A DNA stretch of 64,000 nucleotides, taken from the NCBI RefSeq assembly GCF_009914755.1, contig NC_060932.1; one strand, 5' to 3'. The notes under the pieces are model-generated. The model had not been told where the DNA came from. It ran no database searches and worked only from the letters and a program-made list of their open reading frames with translations. Positions 45,289 to 58,574 of this stretch are shown piece by piece. Both the position numbers and the translations under genes were made by a program. Within the stretch, counting starts at the first letter, position 1. Every line of letters begins with the position of its first letter. Source of the stretch: the human T2T-CHM13v2.0 reference genome, Homo sapiens.

Positions 45289-46009
45289 ATTTAAACACTA
45301 AATGTTGGGGAATATAGAGAAATAGTATATTTGTGTATGTGAAAGTGCGTATTGCATAATGTAACTAACATACACAAAGCTCCACACAAACATACACACT
45401 CTGCCACAGGACTTAGCCTGGCAAAGGTGATTCTGAGAGAGTGGGCTTTCCTGGCAGGAGTGACAGCATGTTTCAAGCTCCTTAGGTGAAAAAGCAACAA
45501 ACACAGTCAACAGAGGGAGTTCTGAGTGGTACTGAGTGTCTGGAATGTGGCAGACAAAGCCAACAAGTTTCCTCATACCTAAGGGGACATGATAATCTCA
45601 GAGAATAACTTACTCGTTATTTTTCCTTCCACTATTACAAGCTCGAAGCTTGATATATATAAAAGAAGCTGCTTTATCCTAGGTTTAAAAATGCAATATC
45701 AAGAATGCTCTGCTCTATTATATAAAGGATCCAATAAGAATAAAGTCAGAGATGACGGGGGAAAATATGTATATGAAGATAAATGGCTAAAGCTCAGGTA
45801 GAGGGGGAACCATGCCCCTGTGAATGGCCTCAGGCAAAACTGTCAAGGCTAGGAACTTGTTTCCAGCCACCCTGAATCTCTGCCTTTGTTAGATTTCCTG
45901 TTTCTGTCCTTCCCCTGCTCCTCAGTGCTCTCAGCCTGTCATCAGGGTCATTTTTGTGTTTCATTTCTAGTGTTGTGAGTTAGAAGTGGACATTTTCATG
46001 CTGAAGTTT

Positions 46010-47660
46010 TTAGGAAGAAGAGTTAAGATGGCTGCAATTTACTTTAAAATGCATCCAAAAATAAGATAGGTTAGTGGGTGGATAGCTGGATAGATGTGTG
46101 ATGAAGCCAGTGTAGTAAAATGTTAATGGTACAATCCAGAGATGCAGGAAAAGTGGGGATATTTTGCTCTACTTGTGAAACCATTCCTAATAAAATGGTG
46201 AACAAACTGTGGGCATATTGGCCCAAATTTGGCCAGTGGACACCTCCTCAGTTTTGCTCCTGAGTCCTTTGGACATGAATCTAGTAGTCTTTGACAGCTT
46301 GCCTGCTACTTGTAATGACATGATTATTGCAAGCTCATCTACCCTGACCTAGAAACAGACAATTCAGTGGGAAACAATATTTAAAGGCAAGAATCTCAGT
46401 GCTACCAATATTCATTGTGACTGGTCTGGTCATTGTTTTATGGCCTTTTCAGAGGACAAAGCTAGGATACAGACAGGTGATAGGTAAAGAGAGAAACAGA
46501 AACAATAAGAAAAAGAAAGAGAAAGAAAAAGAGAAAGATTTTTTTAAGGTAAGATGTCCTATGAGTTCACACAAACATTTCCTTTTCAAATTAATGCAAT
46601 GGGAATTTTCCTACCTTGTCCTATATTACTTCTGTACTGTCCTTCTTCCACAGTGAGAATTCTGGTTCTCAAGGCACAGATGATATAGAATTAGAATACC
46701 TCATAATTTATCTATGCTCTGCCCCACATTATACAAACAGTTTCCGAAAGATGATAGTAACATAGCCAATTCTGATTACTGAAACCAATTAAAAATGTTT
46801 ACATATGCTTTCCCCAATCTGCCCTCCTTTTAGACATTGTATTTTATCAACATTGTCAGAGCATGTAGTCATTGCAGACCATACTCTCTCTTTTAATCCT
46901 CATTTATCCTTACTTCTAAAGGTAACCCCCATTTACTCTGATTTCTAAAGATAACTATATATTCTATCCTCATCATCAGTCCTAATGCTGAGGTCTTCCT
47001 TCTCATTTTTGTCTGGAATGTTCTTTAGTAGATTCCTCAGGAAAAGTTTATGGAAATAATAGCTCTTTATTTCTTGCATTTTAATTACAGATTGTGTCCT
47101 TCGTCAACAAAATTCAGTTTCTAATACATTCTTAGCTCACATTTTCTTTCCTTGAATATCTTAAATATATTCACATCATTTCCTTTGTCATAAAGGATTG
47201 CTGCTGAAAAGTCTGAGGATAATCTAACTTCCCCCTTAAATATCACATTCTCTTTTGCTTATATGCCCAAATGATTTTTGTTTCTCTTTAAAGTCCAGTA
47301 ATTTTACTAGAATATACCTTGGGGGTCATATAGATTCATTCTGGATCTATATTTTCAGATGCATGATATGATCTTTCAGTTTGGGCATCAATAAAAATAC
47401 AATGAATTGAAGTCCATAAAATTCTATATCAAATCAGGAATTTATAATGATGCAAAAAATTAACTTATCTTAAGACAGGAAACCAACTCATTACCTTAAA
47501 AACTGGTAAAGGGAAGAAATCATGCATTTATCCTCCATTTTCCATGTAATCACTGAGTAACCAAATAGTAAATAAGAAAAAGACATACTCATAAAAATAT
47601 TTTCAGATAATAAATAAAAACCCAATGATTAAAGTATAACATCAGCATTTTGCATGTCAG
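46010..47660. mobile_element. Highly decayed L1ME-like fragments in mixed orientation
   Basis: GTAAAATGTTAATGGTA 3'UTR-like motif; T-rich reverse ORF1-like text GCTGAAAAGTCTGAGGATAATCTAA. Confidence 0.45.
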
Positions 47661-48521
47661 AAGGCTTATTTTAGATTCCATCCAAACCTTTTATGTTGCC
47701 CTTGAAGATGACTGCATATAATCTAATAAATCTGTAGTCATCAGCTATCTTAAGTGATTTGTTATTGATGTGAGATGGGTAGGACGAGACATTTGTGGAG
47801 AAAGAATATATTAGCTTTCTCTGTGGAGGCTGTGCTGTCCAAAATAACCTTTCAGTCTCTTTGAAGTCTCATCCAAAGGGCATATGAATTTACAAGTGGC
47901 CCACCAACAACAGAGGCAGCATCAAAGCAGGCCAAACTAAGATCTTAATTATGGATTTCCAGGAACAGCGGCCATGTGGACAGAAAAAAAGCTGAATAAA
48001 ATGGCATAAACACGAAAATTAATAATACCCACTATGGATGATAAGAGCTAGAATTTTCCAAGAGTTTACCATGTGCAGCACCAGGCTAATCTCATTCAAT
48101 CCTCACAACAAGCCTTTGAGGCACATACTGTGACTTTCCTGATTTAAAAGTCAATTGTAAGCTTTCCTGGATTATAAAATATTTCTGAATGTTTCACATT
48201 TTAAAAAAGGATAACATTTTACTGATTGTTTCATACTGAGACTCATAGGAACATAGAAACTTCTCTATAGCCACGTATGTAACAAACATAGTAATAAGGA
48301 AAATGGGCATCAGCCCAAGAAATGAAGGATACACAGTGTGAGGGGACAGGTGTCCACTTGCAGCAAACCTCACAGGCCTTACCAAGGGGCAATTCACAAT
48401 TCCTCTTCCTGAGAAACAAATGCAAAGTCACAGGAGGCAGTCAAAGGGGAGAAAAGTTAGATCACCATCTCCACTCCCTGGACTGAAGGGAAACAGGGAG
48501 CAGCCTTTATAATTTGCCACA

Positions 48522-50777
48522 TGATATGGTTTGGCTCTGTCTCCATCCAAATCTCAACTTGAACTGTATCTCCCGGAATTTCCATGTGTTGTGTTGTGGG
48601 AGGGACCCAGGGGGAGGTAATTGAATCATGGGGGCTGGTCATTCCTATGCTATTCTCATGATAGTGAATAAGTCTCATGAGATCTGATGGGTTTATCAGG
48701 GGTTTCTGCTTTTGCTTCTTCCTCATTTTCTCTTGCCGCTGCCATGTAAGAAGTGCCTTTCAGTTCCTGCCATGATCCTGAGGCCTCCCCAGCCATGTGG
48801 AACTGTAAGTCCAATTAAACCTCTTTTTCTTCCTAGTTTCGGGTATGTCTTTATCAGCAGCATGAAAATGGAGTAATACAGTAAATTGGTACCAGTAGAG
48901 TGGGGCATTGCTGAAAAGATACCCAAAAATGTGGAAGTGACTTTGGAACTGGGTAACAGGTAGAGGCTGCAACAGTTTGGAGGTCTCAGAAGAAGACAGA
49001 AAAATGTGGGAAAGTTTGGAACATCCTAGAGACTTGAATGGCTTTGTCCAAATGCTGATAGCGATATGGACAATAAGGTCCAGACTGAGGTGGTCTCAGA
49101 TGGAGATGAGGAACTTGTTGGGAACTGGAGTAAAAGTGATTCTTGTTATATTTTAGCAAACAGACTGGTGGCATTTTGCCTCTGCCCTAGAGATTTGTGG
49201 AACTTTGAACTTGAGAAAGATGATTTAGGGTATCTGGCGGAAGAAGTTTCTAAGCAGTGAAGCAGTGACTTCAGTGCTGTCAAAGGCATTTAGTTTTATA
49301 AGGGAATCAGAGCATAAAAGTTTGGAAAATTTGCAGTCTGACTATGTGATAGAAAAGAAAACCCATTTTCTAGGGAGAAATTCAAGCCAGCTGCAGAAAT
49401 TTGCATAAGTTGCAAGGAGCCTAATGTTAATCCCCAAGACCATGGGGAAAATGTCTCCAGACCATGTCAGAGATCTTCACATCAGCCCCTGCCATCACAT
49501 GCCTAGGAGGAAAAAGGGTTTCATGGGCTGGGCCTATGTGCAGCCTAGAGACTAGGTGCCCTGTGTCCCAGCCGCTCCAGCCATGGCTGAAAGTGGCCAA
49601 TGTAGAGCTTGGGCTGTAGCTTTAGGGGGTGGAAGCCCCAAGCCTCCAAGCCTTGGCAGCTTCCACATGGTGTTAAGCCTGCAGGTGCACAGAAGTCAAG
49701 AATTGAGGTTTGCGAACCTCTGCCTAGATTTCAGAAGACGTATGAAAACACCTGGATGCCCAGGCAAACGTCTGCTGCAGGGGTGGGGCCCTCATGGAGA
49801 ACCTCTGCTAGGGCAATGCAGAAGGGAAATGTGTTGGAGCCCCCACACAGGGTCCCTACTGGGGCACCACCTAGGGGACCCGTGAGAAGAGGGCCACCAT
49901 CCTCCAGACCCCAGAATGCTAGATCCACTGACAGCTTGCACCATGCGCCTGGAAAATCCACACTGAATGTCAGCCTGTGAAAGCAGCCGGGAGTGGGGCT
50001 ATACCCTGCAAAGCCACAAGGGCAGAGCTGCCCAAGACCATGGGAACCCACTTCTTACATCAGCGTGACCTGCATGTGAGACCTGGAATCAAAGGAGATC
50101 ATTTTGGAGCTTTAAAATTTGACTGCCCCATTGGATTTCAGACTTGCAAGGGCCCTGTAATCCGTTTGTTTTGGCCAATTTCTCTCATTTGGAATGGCTG
50201 TATTTACCCAATACCTGTACCCCCATTGCATTTAGGAAGTAACTAGCTTGCTTTTGATTTTACAGGCTCATAGGTGGAAGGGACTTGACTTGTGTCAGAT
50301 GAGAATTTGGACTGTGGACTTTTAGGTTAGTGCTGAAATGAGTTAGGACTTTGGGGGACTGTTGGGAAGGCATGATTGGTTTTGAAATGTGAGGACATGA
50401 GATTTAGAGGGACCAGGGTGGAATGATATGGTTTGACTGTGTCTCCATCCAAATCTCAACTTTGACTGTATCTCCCAGGATTCTCATGTGTTGTGGGAGG
50501 GACCCAGGGGGAGGTAACTGAATCATGAGACCCATCTTTCCAGTGCTATACTCATGGTAATGAATAAGTCTCACGAGATCTGATGGATTTATCCAGGGGT
50601 TTCTGCTTTTGCTTCTTCCTCATTTTCCCTTGCCACCACCATGTAAGAAGTGTTTTTCACCTCCCACCATGATTCTGAGGCCTCCCCAGCCATGTGGAAC
50701 TGTAAGTCCAATTAAACTTCTTTTTCTTCCCAGTCTCTGGTATGTCTTTATCAGCAGTTTGAAAATGGACTAATATA
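48522..50777 (+). mobile_element. Full-length THE1A-type MaLR LTR retrotransposon (5' LTR 48522-48880, internal 48881-50423, 3' LTR 50424-50777)
   Basis: Both LTRs start TGATATGGTTTG and end TAATACA/TAATATA; internal begins GTAAATTGGTACCAGTAGAGTGGG; purine tract before the 3' LTR; 5-bp TSD CCACA/CTACA. Confidence 0.95.
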
Positions 50778-50999
50778 CTACATAAACCTTCATAATCAAT
50801 TGCCTTCAGGATTAATGGTTAGTGCCAGTAGGGCAGTTTCAACACTCCAGAAGAGAAGGATATTTACACAGATGGAGTTCCCTGCTATAACTGCCCATGG
50901 CCCAGATCCTTCCACAAACCCACACCCTAACAGAAGATGAGTCATGGCTTTTTAGTGTAGGGTCCTACAAGATACCATCAATTTCTGTTAGACTAGTTC

Positions 51000-52740
51000 T
51001 GAAGCCCAAAGAGAAGTCACTCATATCAGGACAAATATCAGAAGAGAATAGACCTTTTCTCATTTAAAAATAAGTAAGCATAAATAACAGCAAAGTCTGA
51101 AAAATAAAAAAGCAGTATAAATGAGAAATAAACACAAAACACACCAGAGAAAGAGCTTATTTTTGAAAATTATTTACTCTAGCAAACATCTGCTTTATAC
51201 TCTCATAGAAAGCAAATAACAACAAAACACAGAGGAAAGACAATATGTAACAACTATGAGACTGAAATGAAAACTGAGAAGTTATTGTAAGGAAATAATA
51301 TAGGTAAGTTATGATATAATAAGATTTAAGATGACATTGAAAGCAATAAGAAACAGAATCTATATTCTGTTGTAGATTACAAACATAGAAATGACAAATT
51401 CTATCAAAATGCAGAAAAAATATAAGTTATGAAAGCAATCAGAAAGAATACAGATTATGAAGAATAGCTCATGATTTAAAATATCAATAGTCAGTGTTTC
51501 CATAGAGATCAGAATCAATATTACAAAAGCAATCATCAACTACATAAAAGAAATATTTTCCTATGCAGAAGACCTACACCTACAAATTTATAGCACAGAA
51601 TATTAAGAAAACAATATTCTGAAAAAAACTAGCATTTAGCTTTATTCCAGTGATTATTTTTCTTCAAGGACTAAAAAAAGTAATCATGGTATAAGAATTC
51701 AGACAGCCACAAAGAAGAAAATATAGAGCTGGACTCCCATTTCTCTTCAAGCAACTCCAATTGTCAAGGAGATTTCTAATGTCTTTATGGTCGTGAGTGA
51801 AAAATATCAAGAGTTCTGAGGCCATTCACTTTGTCATTTACATGGAAAACCAACAGAAAGGTGATCATACGCACAAGGACTCAGGAAATAACATCTATAA
51901 TGTTTCGGGGTGGGGGGACTATTCTCAAAGTAATGAGAAAAGGTCAATATTAATAACCAAAAATGAGAAAATACATACTACAATAAGGACTGGCAGTGAG
52001 CACTGAAAATGCTAAAATGTAGAATTAAATCTAAAAATCTCATATGTTTTATTGTATATACCATAAATAACATTTGAAGACATTTAATTTTGTGTTAAAT
52101 AATTTTTAAAGGTGTAAGGTAATATTCATAAGCCAGTAAAAATTTCCAAATTTTTCAGACTTTAAAAGGATAAACAGAAGAAAAAATAGAGGCAGTAAAA
52201 GTTTACTAATTGATTTTTATGATACAAGAAGGAGTTTTGTCATTGATATTGATAAAGAAGCGTAACTTTAATTATAGTTTTCTTCTTAAGGGTAATTACG
52301 ACAGCTATATAAGAAACTTCTCTTTGAAATTTAAAATATAGTACTTAAAATAGAAAACTCAACCCAAGATTGGAAAGTAAGAAGAAAATTAGCCATTACG
52401 TGAAGTTAAAACACAAGGAGCTCTAAAATATGACAGAAAGTTTAAGAGACATGAAGAGACCAAAAATTCATTGTCAACAGGTGTTTAAAAAGAAAAATTA
52501 AAATAGAATGGAATGGAATAGAATTTGCTAGTACTAAAGAAAGACAGGAGACTTAAGAAGACTGATGAGAAAAACTTATAAAATTTGAGAACTGCAAAGA
52601 TGGACACGATATTCGAAAGTTCCAGAGAGAAAAAGAAATTGTTCACCTGCAAAGAAAGACAAATGCATCTAAATGTAAGCAGCGGGTGCCAGAGAAGGAG
52701 ACACTGCTCACAGGATGTCAAGAGAAAATTACGTTAAGTT
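51000..52740 (+). mobile_element. Very old L1M-like A-rich fragments
   Basis: Strong A bias and ORF1-like motifs; subfamily not assignable by eye. Confidence 0.4.
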
Positions 52741-53080
52741 TGATATTCTGTGAGCCATGCAGATCATGCAACTGAATTGGGAAGTCATTTGAAATACAAA
52801 GCAAATAAAAAGTGGCATGATTTTAGAATGTGGGGAAATAATCCATTTACATCACCCTAGGAATATTCCTCCTCCATTGCTACAGAAGTCCTGTGAAGGG
52901 AATGCAATTCTAACACACAGCTTGATAAAGCCTTTAGTAGATTTAAATATTCAATATACAATATTATATGTTGGCCTTAAACTTTTAGAACCAAACTGTA
53001 GACAAAATAAAGCTGAATTCAGTGTTGTACGTGGAAACTAAGAATAAATAAATAAAAATACAGCAGAATTCACTGGGGCT

Positions 53081-53530
53081 TGTCATGGGCTTAATTGTGC
53101 CCTCTCTCTTAAAAAAAAAAAAAAAAAGAAAGAAAGAAAATTTAAAAAATTAAAAAAAAAATTCAGATGTTGAAGCCTAATCCCCAATTCCGAGGAATAT
53201 GACTGCCTTTGGAGATAGGGCCTTCAAACAGATGGCTAAATTTACATGAGGCCGTTAGGGCAGGCCCTAATCCAATCTGACTGTTGTCCTTATAAAAAGA
53301 CTACATTTGGACGCACAGAAGAGACACCAGGGACGCACGTGCAAAGAGAAAACACCAAGAGAGGACATAGCGAGAAGCGGCCAACTGCCAGCTAAGGACA
53401 GAGGCCTCAGGAGAAACCAAACCTGCTGACACTTTGATATTGGACTTCCAGTCTCCAAAGCTACAAGAAAGTAAACATTTGTCATTGAAGCCGCCCAGTC
53501 TGCAGTATTAGGTTATGGCAGCTAATATAG
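53081..53530 (+). mobile_element. MLT1A/B-like MaLR solo LTR with an internal A-rich tract
   Basis: TGTCATGGGCTTAATTGTG..., TTTGGAGATAGGGCCTT, GGCCCTAATCCAAT, CCTGCTGACAC..TTGGACTTCCAG. Confidence 0.85.
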
Positions 53531-53824
53531 AGCTTAAAACAGCAGGGTTGTTGTTGAGCTTAATATTATAAAGATGTGAAACAATGGAACAGGGGGAGGG
53601 GAGAAGAGCAGCTCTAATCCTTTTTCAAAAAGGAGGAAATCAAGGATATTGTCTAAATTTTATAGAGCAAAAAATAAAGTTTTAAGCATATTATTTAAAG
53701 TTAAAAAGGCAAGAGGAATAATTAATGTAAATTATCAAACTCTGAAGGTAGGGAAAAAAAAGGAGTGATGAGGGATATGGTAAATGGGCTGAAACTGTAT
53801 TTTTTTGAAGCCAGAGCCAATAAT

Positions 53825-54430
53825 CATTAAACATTCAGCAGGTATTTCCTGAGCATCTATTATTCGCCAAGCTGTGCTCTGGGCGCACAAGATCTGTCAG
53901 TGAACAACAGACAGAATTTTGCCCTCATGGAGCTTCCATGAAAATACAGAGAAACAGAGAGTAAACAATAGATGTATGATGATGGAGGAAGCTGTTACAG
54001 AAATGTGAAAACAGGATAAGGTTACCTTACAGGATTGTGAGTGTGGGTCAGGAACTCAGCCAGTGTGTGATGATCCTGCCCTGAGCTCAGGTGCTCACAA
54101 GCCGGCTTTTAGGGTATAGAGCAAAGAGGTGTGAAGAGTGGATCTGGAAGAATACATAGAAGACATTCAGGACAGCATAATAAATAAGTACATTGTCAGA
54201 GTTGTTTCAAAATGATGCCTGCTATAAGGAAAAGGTGAACTCAGAAAGATAAAAGAGAAATGACAAGAGGTCAGGAGGTAGGAAGGGGCCTGCAATTTTA
54301 AAGAGAGGTGCTCAGACACGTTGCATCGAGATCTTATTTGAACAAATATTTTGAGAAGATGATAACTAGGGAAAAAATATCCCAAGTAGTGAGAGTAGCC
54401 AGTGCAAACGTCCAATGACAGGAACATGTC
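53825..54430 (-). mobile_element. L2 fragment
   Basis: CATTCAGCAGGTATTTCCTGAGCATCTA..GCCCTCATGGAGCTT. Confidence 0.6.
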
Positions 54431-55449
54431 AGACCTAACAATGAGAAGTTAGAGGGAATGATTGGTCACTGAGAGAGAGAAGCAGCCTGAATCCAAAATG
54501 CAGAGAGGAAAAGTCTTTGGGGGCCTGAGATGTGGGCCTGACACTAACAGTAGATATGGCTTTTCTGAGAGTTACTGAGAGTTCCCTGAGAGCTCCCATC
54601 AGTAAGACTATACATTATAAGTTATTAAGACAAGAGCACAAATAAATTTATGAGATTGATTTACGAATGGTCAGAGAACTGAGGGAAACTGTTCGTGGTA
54701 ATAAGAGAAAGAATTGCAAGTGGAGAAGACAAATATGGTGGAAAGGTTCTGAAACACAGTTGCTGCTTATCACGACATGGGCAGGTACTATAAAACAATA
54801 AAAAATACTAGGATGAGAAGGAGGACAAGGAAGCTGGATCAGAAGTGCAAAAACAGTGAAGGCTGGCTTTTTACAAGGGGGAGCCTCGTTCAAAGAGAAA
54901 ACGAAGTGGCCAGTGAGTTCTTTAAAGAGCTGCATGGTAGTGCCTACATTTTTGTGAATGGTGTTGGAAAGCAGAAAGAACTGCAAAATAGACACTGTGC
55001 CCAAGGGTCAAACTCTGTTGGCCTGCCATTTATATGACACACTGTCCTCAGGACTAGGAAGTGGTCAGATTTCATGTAACCTACTCACTTATGAGGTTAG
55101 TGATGAATGGAAGAGATATTATCTGAAAACACATTTTAAAATGCAGCAGATGCTTTAAAAGGGCATTATTTTCTGCACCAAAGATAAAGTCTGACTTAAA
55201 AATTCATGTATTAAATGTCACCTCGAAAGAGCAAGGACAGCTGCATAGAATATTAAATACAATTAAAAACAATGCGTAATATGAACAGAACTCAGTAAAG
55301 ACCCAAAACCAAAAAAAAAAGAAATAGAGGAGTGGGAGGATACACATTCAACATTAATTCATGAAAATAAAAGGATGATTTATTTGCAATAACTTTAAGA
55401 AAACATATTTCCTAGAATAAAGGTCATTGATGTTTAATTAAAGGAAAAA

Positions 55450-56640
55450 CAAAACAGTAAAGGTAAGAAATAAGTCACTAATAATAACACAAAGTAACAG
55501 TTATCCCTATTCACATTTTGATAATCCTACTTACACCCATGTTTCTGTGCATATATGTACCCCCAAAGTATTTTACATACTATACATAAAGCTTATAGCC
55601 TGGTTTTTCTTATTAAAAAGTATCAGGAACATTTTCTCTGCATTAATTACTTTTCTAAAATGTATTTGATGACTATAAGATTCAATGAAATCAATATAGT
55701 GTGCCTTATTTAAACATTACATATTCTTACACATTTATAGTAACTATTTTTGTTATTGTGTACAATGCTATTATGAACACACTTACAGCTCATTGTTACA
55801 TGCTTTTATGATAATGTCAAGCCCATACCTCTCAAATCATATTGCGTATGGTGGTCTAATCTCTTGAAGTACTCTCTGCCCAAAAATAGTTCTATAATCA
55901 AAGTTTAAATGAGAACTTTTAAAATATATTATTTTGCAGTTTACAATGTACATTAGCACATTTCAAATCCTGAGTTCTGTTACTTAAAAACTTTAAGTTA
56001 GCTTTTTGCCAAACCACAGAAAATTCCTCATAGTCATGTATATCCATTAAGATGTCTCAGAAATACACATCTTAGAATGCCTAAAAGTGAAATTGCTGGG
56101 TTAACGTGCAGGAGCAACTTAAAGCTCGTGATATTTATTACTAAAGAATCTTCAAGAAGGGTCTACAAGTGTAAAAGACTTTCTCTTTTCCCTTTTTTCT
56201 TTCTTTTTTCTCTTTCTCCAAACTAATGACAACATGAGGGTTATCCCTTGTTCAGCTTCCCCAGTTTTGTAGGTGGTGGATTAAAACATTTTCGTTAGCA
56301 TTTCCTGTTTATTAATGAGCTTGACCTTTGCCTCACATTTCTTGCAAATACTTATTTCTTTTTGTTTAGGTAGATTGTTTATTCATGACCTTAGCCTTTT
56401 TTTTCTATTATGGTGATCATCTTTTCCTTTGTTTATTATGAAGCCCTTCACCTGTAAGTAATATCAGTATTTTTTCTGTCTTATGTATTTCAAATGTTGT
56501 CTCAGTACTATTTTTCCATTTATGTTTATCATGTTTTATAATCTTTATTTTTCTGCAGAAAAAACTAGCAAAATCTGTACACATGGTTTCTGCTTTACTG
56601 TCCTAGTAGAAGGCTTTTCCCAGTCCCCAAATCACATAAA
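55450..56640 (-). mobile_element. Old L1ME-like fragments
   Basis: ACAATGCTATTATGAACAC, CCTAAAAGTGAAATTGCTGGG, TTGTTTATTCATGACCTTAGCC. Confidence 0.55.
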
Positions 56641-56719
56641 CTTTAATCATTAAGCTAATTAGAAAGATTACAGCAATAAAACCAGATATAAGAGCAATAT
56701 AACACAATCAATATATTTT

Positions 56720-57530
56720 CTATAAAAAGATCCTATTTACCATAAAAGAATCAAATACTATAAAGCTTCTAGGAATAAACTTTATAAGAAATACACAGGA
56801 CCTTCTTTGGAAAATGCTACAAAACTTTAATGAAAGACATAAAAGGAGGCCAGAATAAATGGAGAGATATTTGATGTTATTGGATGGGAAGACTCAATAT
56901 TATAAAGATATCAAACTTTCCAAATTAATCTATAAAGTTAATTCAATTATAATAAAAGTCTCAAGGATTTTTAAATAAAACTTGACAAGCTAATTCTAAA
57001 ATTAATATGAAAAAGTAAATGCAGACGCACAGCCAAGACAATTATGAAAAAGGAGAACAATATAGGGGTGATTTGCCCTTCCAAATATTAAGATGAATTA
57101 GAAGCTATGGTAATTAATGCATGAAACCAGACAAATAAATATTTGTTATAGAATAAAAAGTCCAGAAACAAGCCCATATGCACATATGGAACATTAGTAT
57201 ATTATAAAAGTGGTATTTCAAGTTACTAGGAAAGAATCAACTATTAACTAATAGTGTTAATACAAGTGATGACATGCCCAAAAAATAAATTTAGGTCCCA
57301 ACTCATGTCATTTGCACAAAACAAAAAGCTGAAACAATTGGATGAGAATATATATTATCCTACTAAAATAGGAAAGGTCTTCTTAACCAAGAGATAAGCA
57401 AAGAAAATTTATAAATTAAAATTGCTAAATTTGGCCACATCAAAATTCAAAATCGCTAACAAATGACTTCATTAAAAATATGTAAAACATATTTGACATA
57501 TCTGCAGCAAGTGCAAAAGAGAAAACAACA
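56720..57530 (+). mobile_element. Old L1M ORF2 fragment
   Basis: AATAAATGGAGAGATAT..TTGGATGGGAAGACTCAATATTATAAAGAT, CTTGACAAGCTAATTCTAAAATT. Confidence 0.75.
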
Positions 57531-57544
57531 GCCAGTATGATTGA

Positions 57545-58570
57545 TGTTATAGATTAACCCCCTGAACTCCATTATGCTGTATTGTAACTGCACCCTTTAG
57601 AACAGGAAAGCCAAGATTACATCTCCCAGATTCCTGTACAGTTGGAGTTTGATACATAACCTAGATACCACCAAGCATTCACATCCTTGTGAGATGTGGA
57701 AGAAAAAAGGGAGGCAGAAATAGGATTTTTCTGCTTCTACTGTGTCTTCTGGAAAGGTGAGTTGTGGGAATAACAGAGCTTTCCTGTGGCAGTGGTAGCA
57801 ATGGTCCCAGTGTCAAGTCCCTAGACTCATGCCCTTTGAGAGCCAGGCTATTGTGCATCCACTGTGCTAGAAGGGATTACAGCTAAGATGGTCAATTATT
57901 CTGGAAATGGCTCCCTCCTGTTTTCTGGACCCAGCAATTGAGATAATGGTTTCCTAATTCCCCAGCAGCATTAGTCCGTTTTCATACTGCTATAAAGAAA
58001 TACCCAAGATTGGTTAATTTATAAAGGAAAGGGGTGCAATTGATTCACAGTTCATCATGTCTAGGGAGACCTCAGGAAACTTACAATCATGGTGGAAGGT
58101 GAAGGGGAAGCAAGGGCCTTCTTCACATGGTGGCAGGAGAGAGAAGTGTGTGTGTGAGCACAGGAAAAGCTACCATTTATAAAACCATCAGATCTCTTGA
58201 GAATTCACTACCACGAGAACAGTATGACAGCCTGGGGGAAACTGTCCCTGTAATCCAATCACTTCCCACCAGGTTTCTCCCTTAACACTGGGAGATTACA
58301 ATTCCAGATGAGGTTTGAGTGGGGACACAAAGCTAAACCATGTCTCCAACTTTCTAACCATTCTTTTATTCTGAATATAGAAAAGGCAACTGCTCTCTTA
58401 GCCACTTTTCCAGTGATGTTCTAGGAACCATTCCTGAAGGATCCCTGGAAAGCCTCCACAGAGCTCTCTTCAGCTACTCCCACAATTTTAAGAGTACATA
58501 ATATGTTAAATGCCTTTATTATTAAAATAGCTAGAGTGGTTTCTGTTATCTACAACAGAACTCAACATTA
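57545..58570 (+). mobile_element. LTR33-like ERVL LTR interrupted by an MST LTR
   Basis: GGAAAGCCAAGATTACATCTCCCAGATTCC and 3' CTAGAGTGGTTTCTGTT; followed by PBS-like TTTGGTAGCAGG. Confidence 0.6.
57968..58344 (-). mobile_element. MST-like MaLR solo LTR
   Basis: ATTAGTCCGTTTTCATACTGCTATAAAGAAATACC ... GTGGGGACACAAAGCTAAACCAT. Confidence 0.88.
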
Positions 58571-58574
58571 AAAA

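Noticed and set aside
49556-50246. Overlapping 89-123 aa ORFs in the THE1 internal region
   Set aside because: Fragments of the decayed MaLR internal ORF or GC-rich chance frames; no intact gag or pol.
54565-54597. CTGAGAGTT-like unit repeated three times; similar micro-duplications at 5926-5979, 12989-13007 and 28988-29020
   Set aside because: Ordinary short slippage duplications with no further structure.
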